From an uncultured Myxococcales bacterium (GTDB taxonomy: Bacteria; Myxococcota; UBA4151): a DNA stretch of 24,578 nt. Below, piece by piece: positions 16,823 through 24,578 of the stretch. The stretch spans positions 1 to 24,578 of the forward strand of contig CAXGWI010000039.1 in assembly GCA_964013405.1 (NCBI GenBank), written 5' to 3'. The notes below the pieces were generated by a model, which saw nothing but the letters and a program-made list of their open reading frames with translations, did not search any database and had not been told where the DNA came from. Position 1 is the first letter of the stretch; each line of letters starts with the position of its first letter. The position numbers were made by a program, and so were the translations under genes.

Positions 16823-17787
16823 GGGGTCTCGCCATCTCCAGCAGGGGCTTCGTCGGCCGCATCGCCCGCAACGGAAGCATCATCATCGGCAGCGGCCGCT
16901 TCGGCTTCAGCTGCCGCCTTGGCCGCAGCCGCTGCCTTCGCCTCTGCCGCTGCCTTCGCCTTCGCTTCCTTGGCCGCTTGGGCTGCAGCGAACTCCTGAG
17001 CCGCTTCTTGTCGGAGGGCCTCCATGGCCTGGGCGTGTGCTTGGGCCCGCAGAATCAAGGCCTCCACTCCTTGCTCCCGGTCGACGCCAACAGGGTTACC
17101 AACCTGGTCATGGCGCCGGTGTTCGTTGCCGTGCATGCCCAGACTGCAGGACCCATCGTACTGGGCCTGACTAATCCCTTCATCCCGTTCGTCATCGAGC
17201 AGTCGCCGGATATCAGGCTGAGTGTTCATTTTTTCTGTTTCCGGACGGATTTCGGGCTCGGTCCACTCGCCTCGTTGCTGGGCCCGCATCTTCTCTTGCA
17301 GCCGCATGAGGCCGGCCATGAGTTGTTCCGGGTTGGGGGGGCAGCCAGGGACGTAGATATCCACGGGGACCACCGTGTCGATCCCTGGAATCACCGAATA
17401 GATATCCCGATAGAAATCCCCGGAAATGGCGCAACTGCCCATGGCGACACACCATTTGGGCTCGGGCATTTGATCCCAGAGCTTTTTAACCCGGGGAGCC
17501 ATTTTCACGGTGATGGTGCCGGCCACCACCATGACATCCCCTTGTCGTGGACTGCCCCGAACGATGGTGCCCATGCGGTCGATATCGACCCGAGCCGTGG
17601 CACTGGCCATGAATTCAATGCCACAACAACTGGTGGCCATGGGAAACATCCACAGTGAGTTTGAACTGCCCCAAGTCAACAAGCGGTCCACGGTGGAGGT
17701 GAAGATGTCTACACCGGGCAATCGGGCCATCAAGTCCATGGCCGGATTCGTATAGGTTAGACTGTCATTCTTACCGTCTACTGCCAT
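16819..17787 (-). CDS. nuoB: NADH-quinone oxidoreductase subunit B with a ~150-aa C-terminal extension
   Basis: Tandem-Cys SCCGIE, SPRQGD, MGSCA, VPGCPP (N2 cluster ligands). Confidence 0.96.
   Translation of the reverse strand: MAVDGKNDSLTYTNPAMDLMARLPGVDIFTSTVDRLLTWGSSNSLWMFPMATSCCGIEFMASATARVDIDRMGTIVRGSPRQGDVMVVAGTITVKMAPRVKKLWDQMPEPKWCVAMGSCAISGDFYRDIYSVIPGIDTVVPVDIYVPGCPPNPEQLMAGLMRLQEKMRAQQRGEWTEPEIRPETEKMNTQPDIRRLLDDERDEGISQAQYDGSCSLGMHGNEHRRHDQVGNPVGVDREQGVEALILRAQAHAQAMEALRQEAAQEFAAAQAAKEAKAKAAAEAKAAAAAKAAAEAEAAAADDDASVAGDAADEAPAGDGETP
16891..16989 (-). repeat. Ala/Lys/Glu low-complexity repeat ([33 protein letters not shown]) in the NuoB tail
   Basis: Direct translation; imperfect GCCGCTGCCTTCGCC repeats on the + strand. 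Confidence 0.8.
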
Positions 17788-18140
17788 CGGAGCGCTCCCT
17801 TCTTCCAGGCGTAGAGCCAGCCGAAGAAAAGAACGCCGAGGAACACAAACATCTCGATGACGGCGAAACTGCCGAGTTCGCGGATGTTGAGGGCCCAGGG
17901 AAAGAGAAAGGCTGCTTCCGCATCAAAGACGACGAAAACCAAGGCCACCACGTAATAGCGCGGATGGAACTGAATCCAAGCGTCGCCTTCGGGTTCCTCA
18001 CCACACTCGTAGGTTGTGTACTTGGATTCCAGCTCTTGTTTGGCCCGGACCCTGAGGATATAGTTGGTAATAATGCCGCCAGCAGCGGCAATAAAAGCGA
18101 GCAACAAAAAGACGAGGGCGGAACCCCAGGTAGCATCCAT
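17778..18140 (-). CDS. nuoA: NADH-quinone oxidoreductase subunit A
   Basis: [41 protein letters not shown]. Confidence 0.97.
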   Translation of the reverse strand: MDATWGSALVFLLLAFIAAAGGIITNYILRVRAKQELESKYTTYECGEEPEGDAWIQFHPRYYVVALVFVVFDAEAAFLFPWALNIRELGSFAVIEMFVFLGVLFFGWLYAWKKGALRWQ

Positions 18141-18175
18141 CAAAGACGGATTCCCATCAAAGCGAGCACGAACAA

Positions 18176-18204
18176 ACTCTATTGAATCGGCCGGCCCAGT
18201 GCAA
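18176..18204 (-). promoter_or_regulatory. Candidate sigma70-type promoter for the nuo operon
   Basis: Minus strand reads TTGCAC-N17-TAGAGT, ending 35 nt upstream of the nuoA ATG; found by eye, not validated. Confidence 0.45.
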
Positions 18205-18300
18205 GTCGCTGCAAAAGAACATCAATGAGGCCCATTTTCTAACGGGCCGTCTTGTCACCGCCTACCGGCCCCTGGCAGAGCCAGCTTGGAAAATAGCGAT

Positions 18301-18306
18301 GGGGAG
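18301..18306 (+). promoter_or_regulatory. Shine-Dalgarno-like sequence of sucA
   Basis: GGGGAG immediately upstream of ATG 18310. Confidence 0.55.
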
Positions 18307-18309
18307 ATC

Positions 18310-21300
18310 ATGGCTGACTTGAATCCCGACGCGCTCGTCTACGCAGAAGCACAACTGCGACGGTTTCAGCGCGATCCAGACAGTGTCGATGTCGCTTGGC
18401 AAGCCTACCTTGCTGGTGATGACGGCGGCGAGGGGCCCAGTTTTGCCGAGCGTAGTCTCTTCGATCCCCCGGGTGCGCCGCGGCGTTCCCCAGTGCCTGG
18501 GGGCAAGGTTACGACAGCTAATCTATCTGGAGCGGGCGCTGATTTCCTGAGCCATGTGGCGCTTTTTTCGGGTCTCGGTGCCACCGAGTTGCAAGCCATC
18601 ACCCAGCAGATGGCGCCTGTGGAATTGACCGATGGGCAGGTTCTTTTCCAAGCAGGTGACCCTGGAGACGCGCTTTTTCTCATCCTCTCGGGCTCTATTG
18701 AGGTCGTTCGAGGAAGTGTTGTGATCGCCGTGTTGGGTCCAGGCGAGCCTCTCGGTGAACTAAGCGTGGTGGATGAACGGCCTCGTTCGGCCATCGCAAG
18801 AGCGAAGGGGAAAGCCTCGCTTCTCAAGCTTCCTGCCGGAGACTTTCATGCCCTGATGGCAAAGCATGCCGGCATCGCTCGAAGGATGATGGTGACTGTC
18901 AGTCGTCGTTTGCGCAAGACCAATGCGCGCCAGGAGCGAGTTGACCAATTGATCCACGCCTATCGGGTTCGCGGGCACACGGTCTCTCGTATCGATCCGC
19001 TGAATCGGCGACCCACGGAGCATCCGGAACTCGCGCTGGATTTTCATGGCTTGTCAGAGGCTGATCTCGACCTGAATTTTACCAGTCGTAACTTTAACGG
19101 CGAAGGCCCCATGAAGCTTCGCCATATTATCAAGCGACTCAAAAATACCTACTGCCGGAGCATTGGTGTTCAGTTCATGCACATCGATGACATTGGCATT
19201 AAGCGCTGGCTCCAGTCTCGTATGGAGGCTTCCGAGAACCGTCGAGAGCTCTCCCGTGATGAGCAATTGCGTATTCTCTCGAAGCTCACCGATGCCGAAC
19301 AGTTTGAGCAGTTCCTGCACAAGAAATTCCTGGGAGCGAAGCGCTTTAGCTTGGAGGGAGGAGAGACCCTCATTCCGTTGATGGACCAGGTGATTGAAGA
19401 ATCCGCTCAGCGCGGAGTCCGCCATGTGGTGATTGGTATGGCTCATCGCGGTCGACTCAACATCATGGCCAACATCATGGGTAAATCGCCAGCGCAGATC
19501 TTTGCGGAGTTTGATGACGCCGACGCCATGGCGAAGATCGGCTGCGGTGATGTGAAGTATCACTTAGGCTTCAGTTCGCTCCGTAGCTTTGGCGACGGGG
19601 AACAGGTTCAACTCACCCTCTGCTTTAATCCTAGTCATCTCGAGTTTGTCGGTCCCGTTGTGATGGGCCGTGTTCGAGCCCGACAGGACCGGCTGGGTGA
19701 TGAAGCACGCCAAAAGGCCATGGGCCTCGTGATTCACGGTGACGCAGCCTTTGCAGGCCAGGGGGTGGTGCAGGAGAGCCTCAATCTCAGTGAATTAGAG
19801 GGCTATCGAACTGGAGGCACGGTTCACCTCATTGTGAACAATCAGATCGGTTTCACCACACCGCCGGAGTCCAGCCGCTCCACAGCCTACTCCACAGACG
19901 TGGCCCGTATGCTCGATGTGCCGGTCTTCCATGTGAATGGAGAGGACCCTGAGGCGGTGAGCCAGGTGATTCGCTTGGCCATGGAGTTTCGGGAGGCGTT
20001 CCGTCGAGATGTGATCATCGACATGTATTGCTTCCGAAAATATGGACACAACGAAGGTGACGAACCCACCTTTACCAACCCGTTGATGTACGACGCCATT
20101 CGTGCCCGCGGGACGGTGCGGGAGACCTATTTAGCCAACCTTCAGGCCATGGGGCAGGTCACAGCAACCGATGGGCAAGCGATTATGGATCGGACCCGTG
20201 CTCGCCTCGATCGCTGCCTGGCAGAGGCCCGTGGTGAACTGAAGGACCACGAGACCTTCACGCCCGAGATTGCGGCCGTTGAGGATTTAAAACCGATTCC
20301 TGGTTACGGCTTCGAGTCCATCGAAGAAGAGGGCGGCACCCTGATGGCCTATTGCGGGGGCCGGGATCGAGATTGCCCGGAGGAGGAGACGCAGGTGGAT
20401 GCGGATCACTTGCGGGATCTCCTCAAGGGGCAGTTGGATTGGCCGGAAGATTTCAACGGCAACAAGAAGCTGAAGCGGATCTTAGGGGCCCGGGCCAAGA
20501 TGGCTGCTGGGGAGCAAGATTTGGACTGGGGTGTGGGCGAATCCCTCGCCTTCGCCAGTTTGCTTGCGGAAGGCGTGCCGATTCGTCTGTCCGGTCAAGA
20601 TGCCGGGCGCGGCACCTTTGCTCATCGCCATTCGGTGTTTCACGATACGGTGGATGGGCGCACCTATGTCCCCTTGCAAAAGTTCGGTAACTTCAAGGTT
20701 TGGGACAGCCCTCTGTCGGAGTGTGCTGTGCTCGCCTACGAGTATGGTTACTCTCTGGAGATGCCCGAAGCTCTGACGATTTGGGAGGCTCAGTTTGGTG
20801 ACTTTGCCAATGGAGCTCAGGTGATCATCGACCAGTTCATCACCTCCTCCGAGGACAAGTGGAATCGCTTTAGTGGCTTGGTGATGATGTTGCCCCACGG
20901 TTTTGAGGGCATGGGGCCTGAGCACTCCAGCGCCCGTCTTGAACGCTTTTTAACCATGGCGGCTGAGGACAACATCCAGGTGATGAACCTGACCACCAGC
21001 GCCCAGATTTTCCATGCACTGCGCCGTCAGATTCATCGGCGGATTCGCAAGCCTCTGGTCATCATGACGCCCAAGAGTCTGTTGCGCTTAAAGGCGGCAG
21101 GAAGCCCCATGAGTGATCTCTCGGGCGGTCGTTTCCAGAAGGTGATCGGTGATAAGGGGGGCTCCTCCCCCAGTGAGACCAAGCGGATCCTCGTCTGCAG
21201 TGGTAAAGTCTACTACGACCTCTGTGATGCCCGTAGCGAACACGGGGGCGATCACGTGGCGATTCTTCGGATGGAGCAACTCTATCCGGTGCCCTCCATC

Positions 21301-21558
21301 GAGTTGGAAGCAGCCCTCAAAGATTACCCCGATGGGACTCCGCTTTATTGGGTGCAAGAAGAGCCGGCAAATATGGGGACTTGGCCCACCCTCCTGCACC
21401 GTCTCGGTGCCCGGCCCTTTGATCGCTTTGAACTTAAAGGAGTTTGTCGACCTGAGAGCGCCAGTCCTGCGACGGGATCGGCTGCCAGTCACAAATACGA
21501 ACAAGCCCTGCTTTGTCGCCAAGCCCTCGGTGTCGAAGAGGAAGAAGGAAAAAAATGA
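18310..21558 (+). CDS. sucA: 2-oxoglutarate dehydrogenase E1 with an inserted cyclic-nucleotide-binding domain
   Basis: N-terminal DPDSVDVAW, AYRVRGH, KRFSLEG, GMAHRGRLN, GDVKYHLG, FNPSHLE, ThDP motif HGDAAFAGQG...NNQIGFTT, WEAQFGDF, GPEHSSARLERF. 1082 aa from ATG 18310. Confidence 0.97.
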   Translation: MADLNPDALVYAEAQLRRFQRDPDSVDVAWQAYLAGDDGGEGPSFAERSLFDPPGAPRRSPVPGGKVTTANLSGAGADFLSHVALFSGLGATELQAITQQMAPVELTDGQVLFQAGDPGDALFLILSGSIEVVRGSVVIAVLGPGEPLGELSVVDERPRSAIARAKGKASLLKLPAGDFHALMAKHAGIARRMMVTVSRRLRKTNARQERVDQLIHAYRVRGHTVSRIDPLNRRPTEHPELALDFHGLSEADLDLNFTSRNFNGEGPMKLRHIIKRLKNTYCRSIGVQFMHIDDIGIKRWLQSRMEASENRRELSRDEQLRILSKLTDAEQFEQFLHKKFLGAKRFSLEGGETLIPLMDQVIEESAQRGVRHVVIGMAHRGRLNIMANIMGKSPAQIFAEFDDADAMAKIGCGDVKYHLGFSSLRSFGDGEQVQLTLCFNPSHLEFVGPVVMGRVRARQDRLGDEARQKAMGLVIHGDAAFAGQGVVQESLNLSELEGYRTGGTVHLIVNNQIGFTTPPESSRSTAYSTDVARMLDVPVFHVNGEDPEAVSQVIRLAMEFREAFRRDVIIDMYCFRKYGHNEGDEPTFTNPLMYDAIRARGTVRETYLANLQAMGQVTATDGQAIMDRTRARLDRCLAEARGELKDHETFTPEIAAVEDLKPIPGYGFESIEEEGGTLMAYCGGRDRDCPEEETQVDADHLRDLLKGQLDWPEDFNGNKKLKRILGARAKMAAGEQDLDWGVGESLAFASLLAEGVPIRLSGQDAGRGTFAHRHSVFHDTVDGRTYVPLQKFGNFKVWDSPLSECAVLAYEYGYSLEMPEALTIWEAQFGDFANGAQVIIDQFITSSEDKWNRFSGLVMMLPHGFEGMGPEHSSARLERFLTMAAEDNIQVMNLTTSAQIFHALRRQIHRRIRKPLVIMTPKSLLRLKAAGSPMSDLSGGRFQKVIGDKGGSSPSETKRILVCSGKVYYDLCDARSEHGGDHVAILRMEQLYPVPSIELEAALKDYPDGTPLYWVQEEPANMGTWPTLLHRLGARPFDRFELKGVCRPESASPATGSAASHKYEQALLCRQALGVEEEEGKK
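18541..18924 (+). other. CRP-like cyclic-nucleotide-binding (cNMP/CAP_ED) domain within SucA
   Basis: FLSHVALFSGL...GQVLFQAGDPGDALFLILSGSIEV...LGPGEPLGELSVVDERPRSA...DFHALM...VSRRLRKTN. Confidence 0.92.
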
Positions 21559-22811
21559 GTGTAGAGATCTCTGTTCCCTCCGTGGGCGAATCGATCACGG
21601 AAGTCACCATCGACAAGTGGTTGGTGAGCGTGGGCGATACGGTGCAAGCCGATCAACCCATCGCCGAAGTCTCCAGCGACAAGGCGGATCTGGAATTGCC
21701 CGCCCCAGCCAGCGGTACCATCACCGAATTGTTGGTGACGGATGGTGATGATGTGGAAGTTGGGCAGGTGATTGGTCGCATGGAAGCGGGCGACGTCGCC
21801 GTAACGACGCCGCCACCGGTCGCTGAAGCCCCTCCTATAGTGGATGAGCCACCGCCTGCCGCTGTCCCGGTCAAAACCGAGTTGCCTGCACCGAGTCCAG
21901 CAGCTCAGGCGGCCCTTGCTACGGACGCCCCCCGGGTCATGCCAGCCGCGGAGCGGGTACTGTATGAAAGTGGGCTGCCTGCCTCAGCAGCCACCGGTAC
22001 AGGTCCGGGCGGGCGCGTTCTGAAGGAGGATGCGGTGCGAGCCGCACAGCAAGCGAAAGCCCCAGCGCCGGCAGCGCCAACAACTGCAGTCGCTCCTGCA
22101 GCCGACGCTGGCCGGGTGACTGAGCGGAAAAAGATGAGCCGTATGCGCCGAACCATCGCCTCCCGCTTGGTGGAAGCCCAGCAGACGGCCGCTTTGCTGA
22201 CCACCTTTAATGAGGTGGACATGAGTGCGGTGATGAATCTGCGAAAGAGCCACCAGGAGGCATTTGTTGCTCGTCACGGGGTGAAGTTAGGCTTCATGAG
22301 CTTCTTCGTGAAAGCGGCTGTGGAGGCTTTGCGGATTTATCCGGCGGTCAATGCTCAGATCGAAGGCAAGGAGGTCGTCTATCACGACTATGCCGACATC
22401 GGTATCGCTGTGGGTGGTGGCAAGGGACTGGTGGTTCCTGTACTCAAAAACGCCGAGTGTATGGGCTTCGCCGAGATCGAGAAGCGGATTCGCGACTTTG
22501 GGGCCCGGGCCCGCAGCGGCGATTTGGCCTTGGAAGAACTCCAGGGTGGCACCTTCACGATCACCAATGGTGGGATTTACGGCTCCATGCTGTCGACACC
22601 CATCATCAATGCCCCCCAAAGCGGGATTTTGGGCATGCACAACATCGTCAAGCGGGCCGTGGTGGTGGGCGATGAAATCGTCGCTCGACCCATGATGTAC
22701 TTGGCGCTGACCTATGATCACCGCATCGTCGACGGTCGGGAGGCCGTCAGTTTCCTCGTGCGCTTAAAGGAGTGCCTTGAGGAGCCTTCCCGTCTTCTGA
22801 TTGAGGCATAG
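21555..22811 (+). CDS. sucB: Dihydrolipoamide succinyltransferase (OGDH E2)
   Basis: Lipoyl domain (SVGESITE...SDKA), Pro/Ala linker, E3-binding domain (GTGPGGRVLKED), LTTFNEVDM, catalytic YDHRIVDG. ATGA overlap with the sucA stop. Confidence 0.97.
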   Translation: MSVEISVPSVGESITEVTIDKWLVSVGDTVQADQPIAEVSSDKADLELPAPASGTITELLVTDGDDVEVGQVIGRMEAGDVAVTTPPPVAEAPPIVDEPPPAAVPVKTELPAPSPAAQAALATDAPRVMPAAERVLYESGLPASAATGTGPGGRVLKEDAVRAAQQAKAPAPAAPTTAVAPAADAGRVTERKKMSRMRRTIASRLVEAQQTAALLTTFNEVDMSAVMNLRKSHQEAFVARHGVKLGFMSFFVKAAVEALRIYPAVNAQIEGKEVVYHDYADIGIAVGGGKGLVVPVLKNAECMGFAEIEKRIRDFGARARSGDLALEELQGGTFTITNGGIYGSMLSTPIINAPQSGILGMHNIVKRAVVVGDEIVARPMMYLALTYDHRIVDGREAVSFLVRLKECLEEPSRLLIEA

Positions 22812-22815
22812 TTCC

Positions 22816-24219
22816 ATGGAGAAAATTCACGATCTTGTGGTTATCGGCGGTGGTCCAGGTGGCTATGTGGCCGCCATCCGCGCAGCGCAGCTGGGTTGGG
22901 ACGCAGCCTGCATTGAGGTGGAGAAGAAATTGGGGGGCACCTGCCTGCGAGTGGGCTGCATTCCCTCGAAGGCGCTCCTCGAATCCAGCGAGCGCTTTCG
23001 TGCAGCCCGGGAGGATCTCGCAGGTCACGGTGTCGACGTGGCTGACGTTTCCCTTAATTTAGAAGCGATGATGGCCCGCAAAAGCGGCATTGTGGAGGGC
23101 CTCTCGAAGGGGATCAAAGGTCTCTTTCGTAAGAACAAGGTGACCCGTTATTTGGGGCTGGGGAGCTTTACCGGTCCTGCGAAGGATGGCGTCCACGCCA
23201 TTAAGGTCGCTGGGGATGATGGGGAGCAGGTGATCGGTGCCAAAAATGTCATCATCGCCACGGGCTCCGTCGCTGCCAAACTGCGCGGGGTTGAGGAGGA
23301 TGGCGACCTGATCGGCAACAGCACTCAGGCCCTCTCCTACCCTTCGGTTCCTGGGCACTTGGTGGTCATTGGTGCCGGGGCCATCGGTCTCGAGATGGGT
23401 AGTGTTTGGCATCGTCTAGGAGCCCAGGTGACCGTTCTTGAATACCTGCCCCGCATCCTGCCCGGCTGCGATGGGCAGATCGCCAAAGAGGCCCACAAGA
23501 TTCTAAAAAGGCAGGGGCTGAAATTTCAGTTGGGTGTCAAAGTGACCGGCGCACGCAAAGAGGGCGACGGTTGTGTCGTGGAGGTCGACGGGGCCGATCC
23601 GATCTCTTGTGATCGGGTGCTTGTTTCGGTGGGGCGCTGGGCCAACACAGCGGGCTTGGGACTTGAGGCCATCGGTTTAGCGACGAACCCCAGAGGACAG
23701 ATCGAGGTGGACCGCGACTTTGGCACGGGCATCGATGGTGTTTACGCCATCGGCGATGTGATTCCCGGGCCGATGCTCGCCCACAAGGCCGAAGAGGACG
23801 GGGTGGCTTGCGTCGAAAAGCTGGTCACCGGCTACGGACATGTGGATTACGACTTGGTGCCGAGCATCGTCTACACGGAGCCGGAGGTGGCCAGTGTGGG
23901 CAAGACCGAAGAAGCCCTCAAAGAAGCAGGCATTGGCTACAAGGTGGGGAGTTTTCCCTTCATGGCCAATGGTCGAGCCCAAGCCCACGGGCACCCTCAG
24001 GGCTCAGTCAAGATCCTCGCCCACAGCGAAACCGATCGGGTGCTGGGCGTTCATATTGTGGGGCCCTGCGCCGGTGAACTGATCGGTGAGTGCGCCGCGG
24101 CCATGACGTTTGGCGCCAGTGCCGAGGATTTAGCCCGCACCTGCCATGCTCATCCGACGCTTTCAGAGACCATCAAAGAAGCGGCCATGGGCGTAGATGA
24201 GCGAACGATTCACCTCTAG
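22816..24219 (+). CDS. lpdA: Dihydrolipoamide dehydrogenase (E3)
   Basis: VIGGGPGGY, GGTCLRVGCIPSK redox disulfide, GAGAIGLE, MLAHKA, HAHPTLSE; start ATG 22816. Confidence 0.97.
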   Translation: MEKIHDLVVIGGGPGGYVAAIRAAQLGWDAACIEVEKKLGGTCLRVGCIPSKALLESSERFRAAREDLAGHGVDVADVSLNLEAMMARKSGIVEGLSKGIKGLFRKNKVTRYLGLGSFTGPAKDGVHAIKVAGDDGEQVIGAKNVIIATGSVAAKLRGVEEDGDLIGNSTQALSYPSVPGHLVVIGAGAIGLEMGSVWHRLGAQVTVLEYLPRILPGCDGQIAKEAHKILKRQGLKFQLGVKVTGARKEGDGCVVEVDGADPISCDRVLVSVGRWANTAGLGLEAIGLATNPRGQIEVDRDFGTGIDGVYAIGDVIPGPMLAHKAEEDGVACVEKLVTGYGHVDYDLVPSIVYTEPEVASVGKTEEALKEAGIGYKVGSFPFMANGRAQAHGHPQGSVKILAHSETDRVLGVHIVGPCAGELIGECAAAMTFGASAEDLARTCHAHPTLSETIKEAAMGVDERTIHL

Positions 24220-24578
24220 TCGGGTCGGGCGAGCGGATCCCAGAGTGTCAGGTTTGCAGGCCCTTCGGGGCCGCCCAGTTGGCCATGGAATGGGTTGCCC
24301 CAGCACTGGATTGGAGTGCCAGGCGAGGCAGCACAAGCGTGGCTTTCCCCAAGGGCCACGGCCTGCTGACTCGCCAAGGCTTCGTCCCCAGCCAGGAGGA
24401 TCGGGGTTGCGTGGACTTCGCCACGTTCCTGTCCTGCGATGATGGCCCGGTTTTTGGTCAACTGGCCATGTTGATCCTGACCCCAACACTCGAAAGCGCC
24501 CCGGATACGGGCACAAACGGCCTTCCCGCCGCCAAGCATTTCTGTCGGTGCGGTATTCTGTAAATGCTCGTGCATGGA
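24216..24578 (-). CDS. RCC1/BLIP-II-like repeat protein, C-terminal fragment (probably starts beyond the right edge)
   Basis: Two repeats: GGKAVCA...ECWGQDQHGQL and VALGESHACA...QCWGNPFHGQLG; frame open to the window end. Confidence 0.8.
   Translation of the reverse strand, partial: SMHEHLQNTAPTEMLGGGKAVCARIRGAFECWGQDQHGQLTKNRAIIAGQERGEVHATPILLAGDEALASQQAVALGESHACAASPGTPIQCWGNPFHGQLGGPEGPANLTLWDPLARPD

Noticed and set aside
15147..17787. Group 4 [NiFe]-hydrogenase or sulfane reductase interpretation of the nuo cluster
   Set aside because: NuoD lacks the CxxC Ni ligands (ends DPVMGEADR), NuoB has tandem CC, and NuoA plus the quinone-site His/Tyr are present
18141..18309. CRP/FNR box or sigma54 promoter in the nuoA-sucA intergenic region
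   Set aside because: Only half-sites (ATCAA, TCACC) without correctly spaced partners; TGGCAG at 18273 lacks GC at the -12 position; the CCATCAAAG direct repeat (18137, 18154) is too short to support a claim
18541..18924. cNMP domain as a separate crp gene, intein or mobile insertion
   Set aside because: In frame with SucA sequence on both sides, no HTH, no intein splicing motifs, no flanking repeats or transposase

Overview
GC-rich bacterial window, probably from a Myxococcota/deltaproteobacterium-like organism (inferred from the delta-type pilMNOPQ cluster with an AMIN-domain PilQ and an RCC1-repeat protein). Left to right it contains: (1) on the minus strand, tolR-tolA-tolB followed by pilM-pilN-pilO-pilP-pilQ. 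pilQ runs off the left edge, is absent from the ORF track, and carries a >100-residue Asp/Glu tract after two AMIN domains. (2) A short Ppx/GppA phosphatase on the plus strand. (3) An 11-gene 'headless' complex I operon, nuoA-B-C-D-H-I-J-K-L-M-N, with no nuoEFG (minus strand). (4) Divergent from it, sucA-sucB-lpdA (2-oxoglutarate dehydrogenase, OGDH). (5) The 3' end of an RCC1-like repeat protein. The most striking observation is that the E1 subunit SucA contains an in-frame ~128-aa CRP-like cyclic-nucleotide-binding domain with an intact phosphate-binding cassette, suggesting a directly cNMP-regulated OGDH. It sits back-to-back with an N-module-less complex I whose NuoB, NuoD and NuoM have unusual features. 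No RNA genes, CRISPR arrays or mobile elements were seen. All family calls come from motif recognition by eye; no database search was run.
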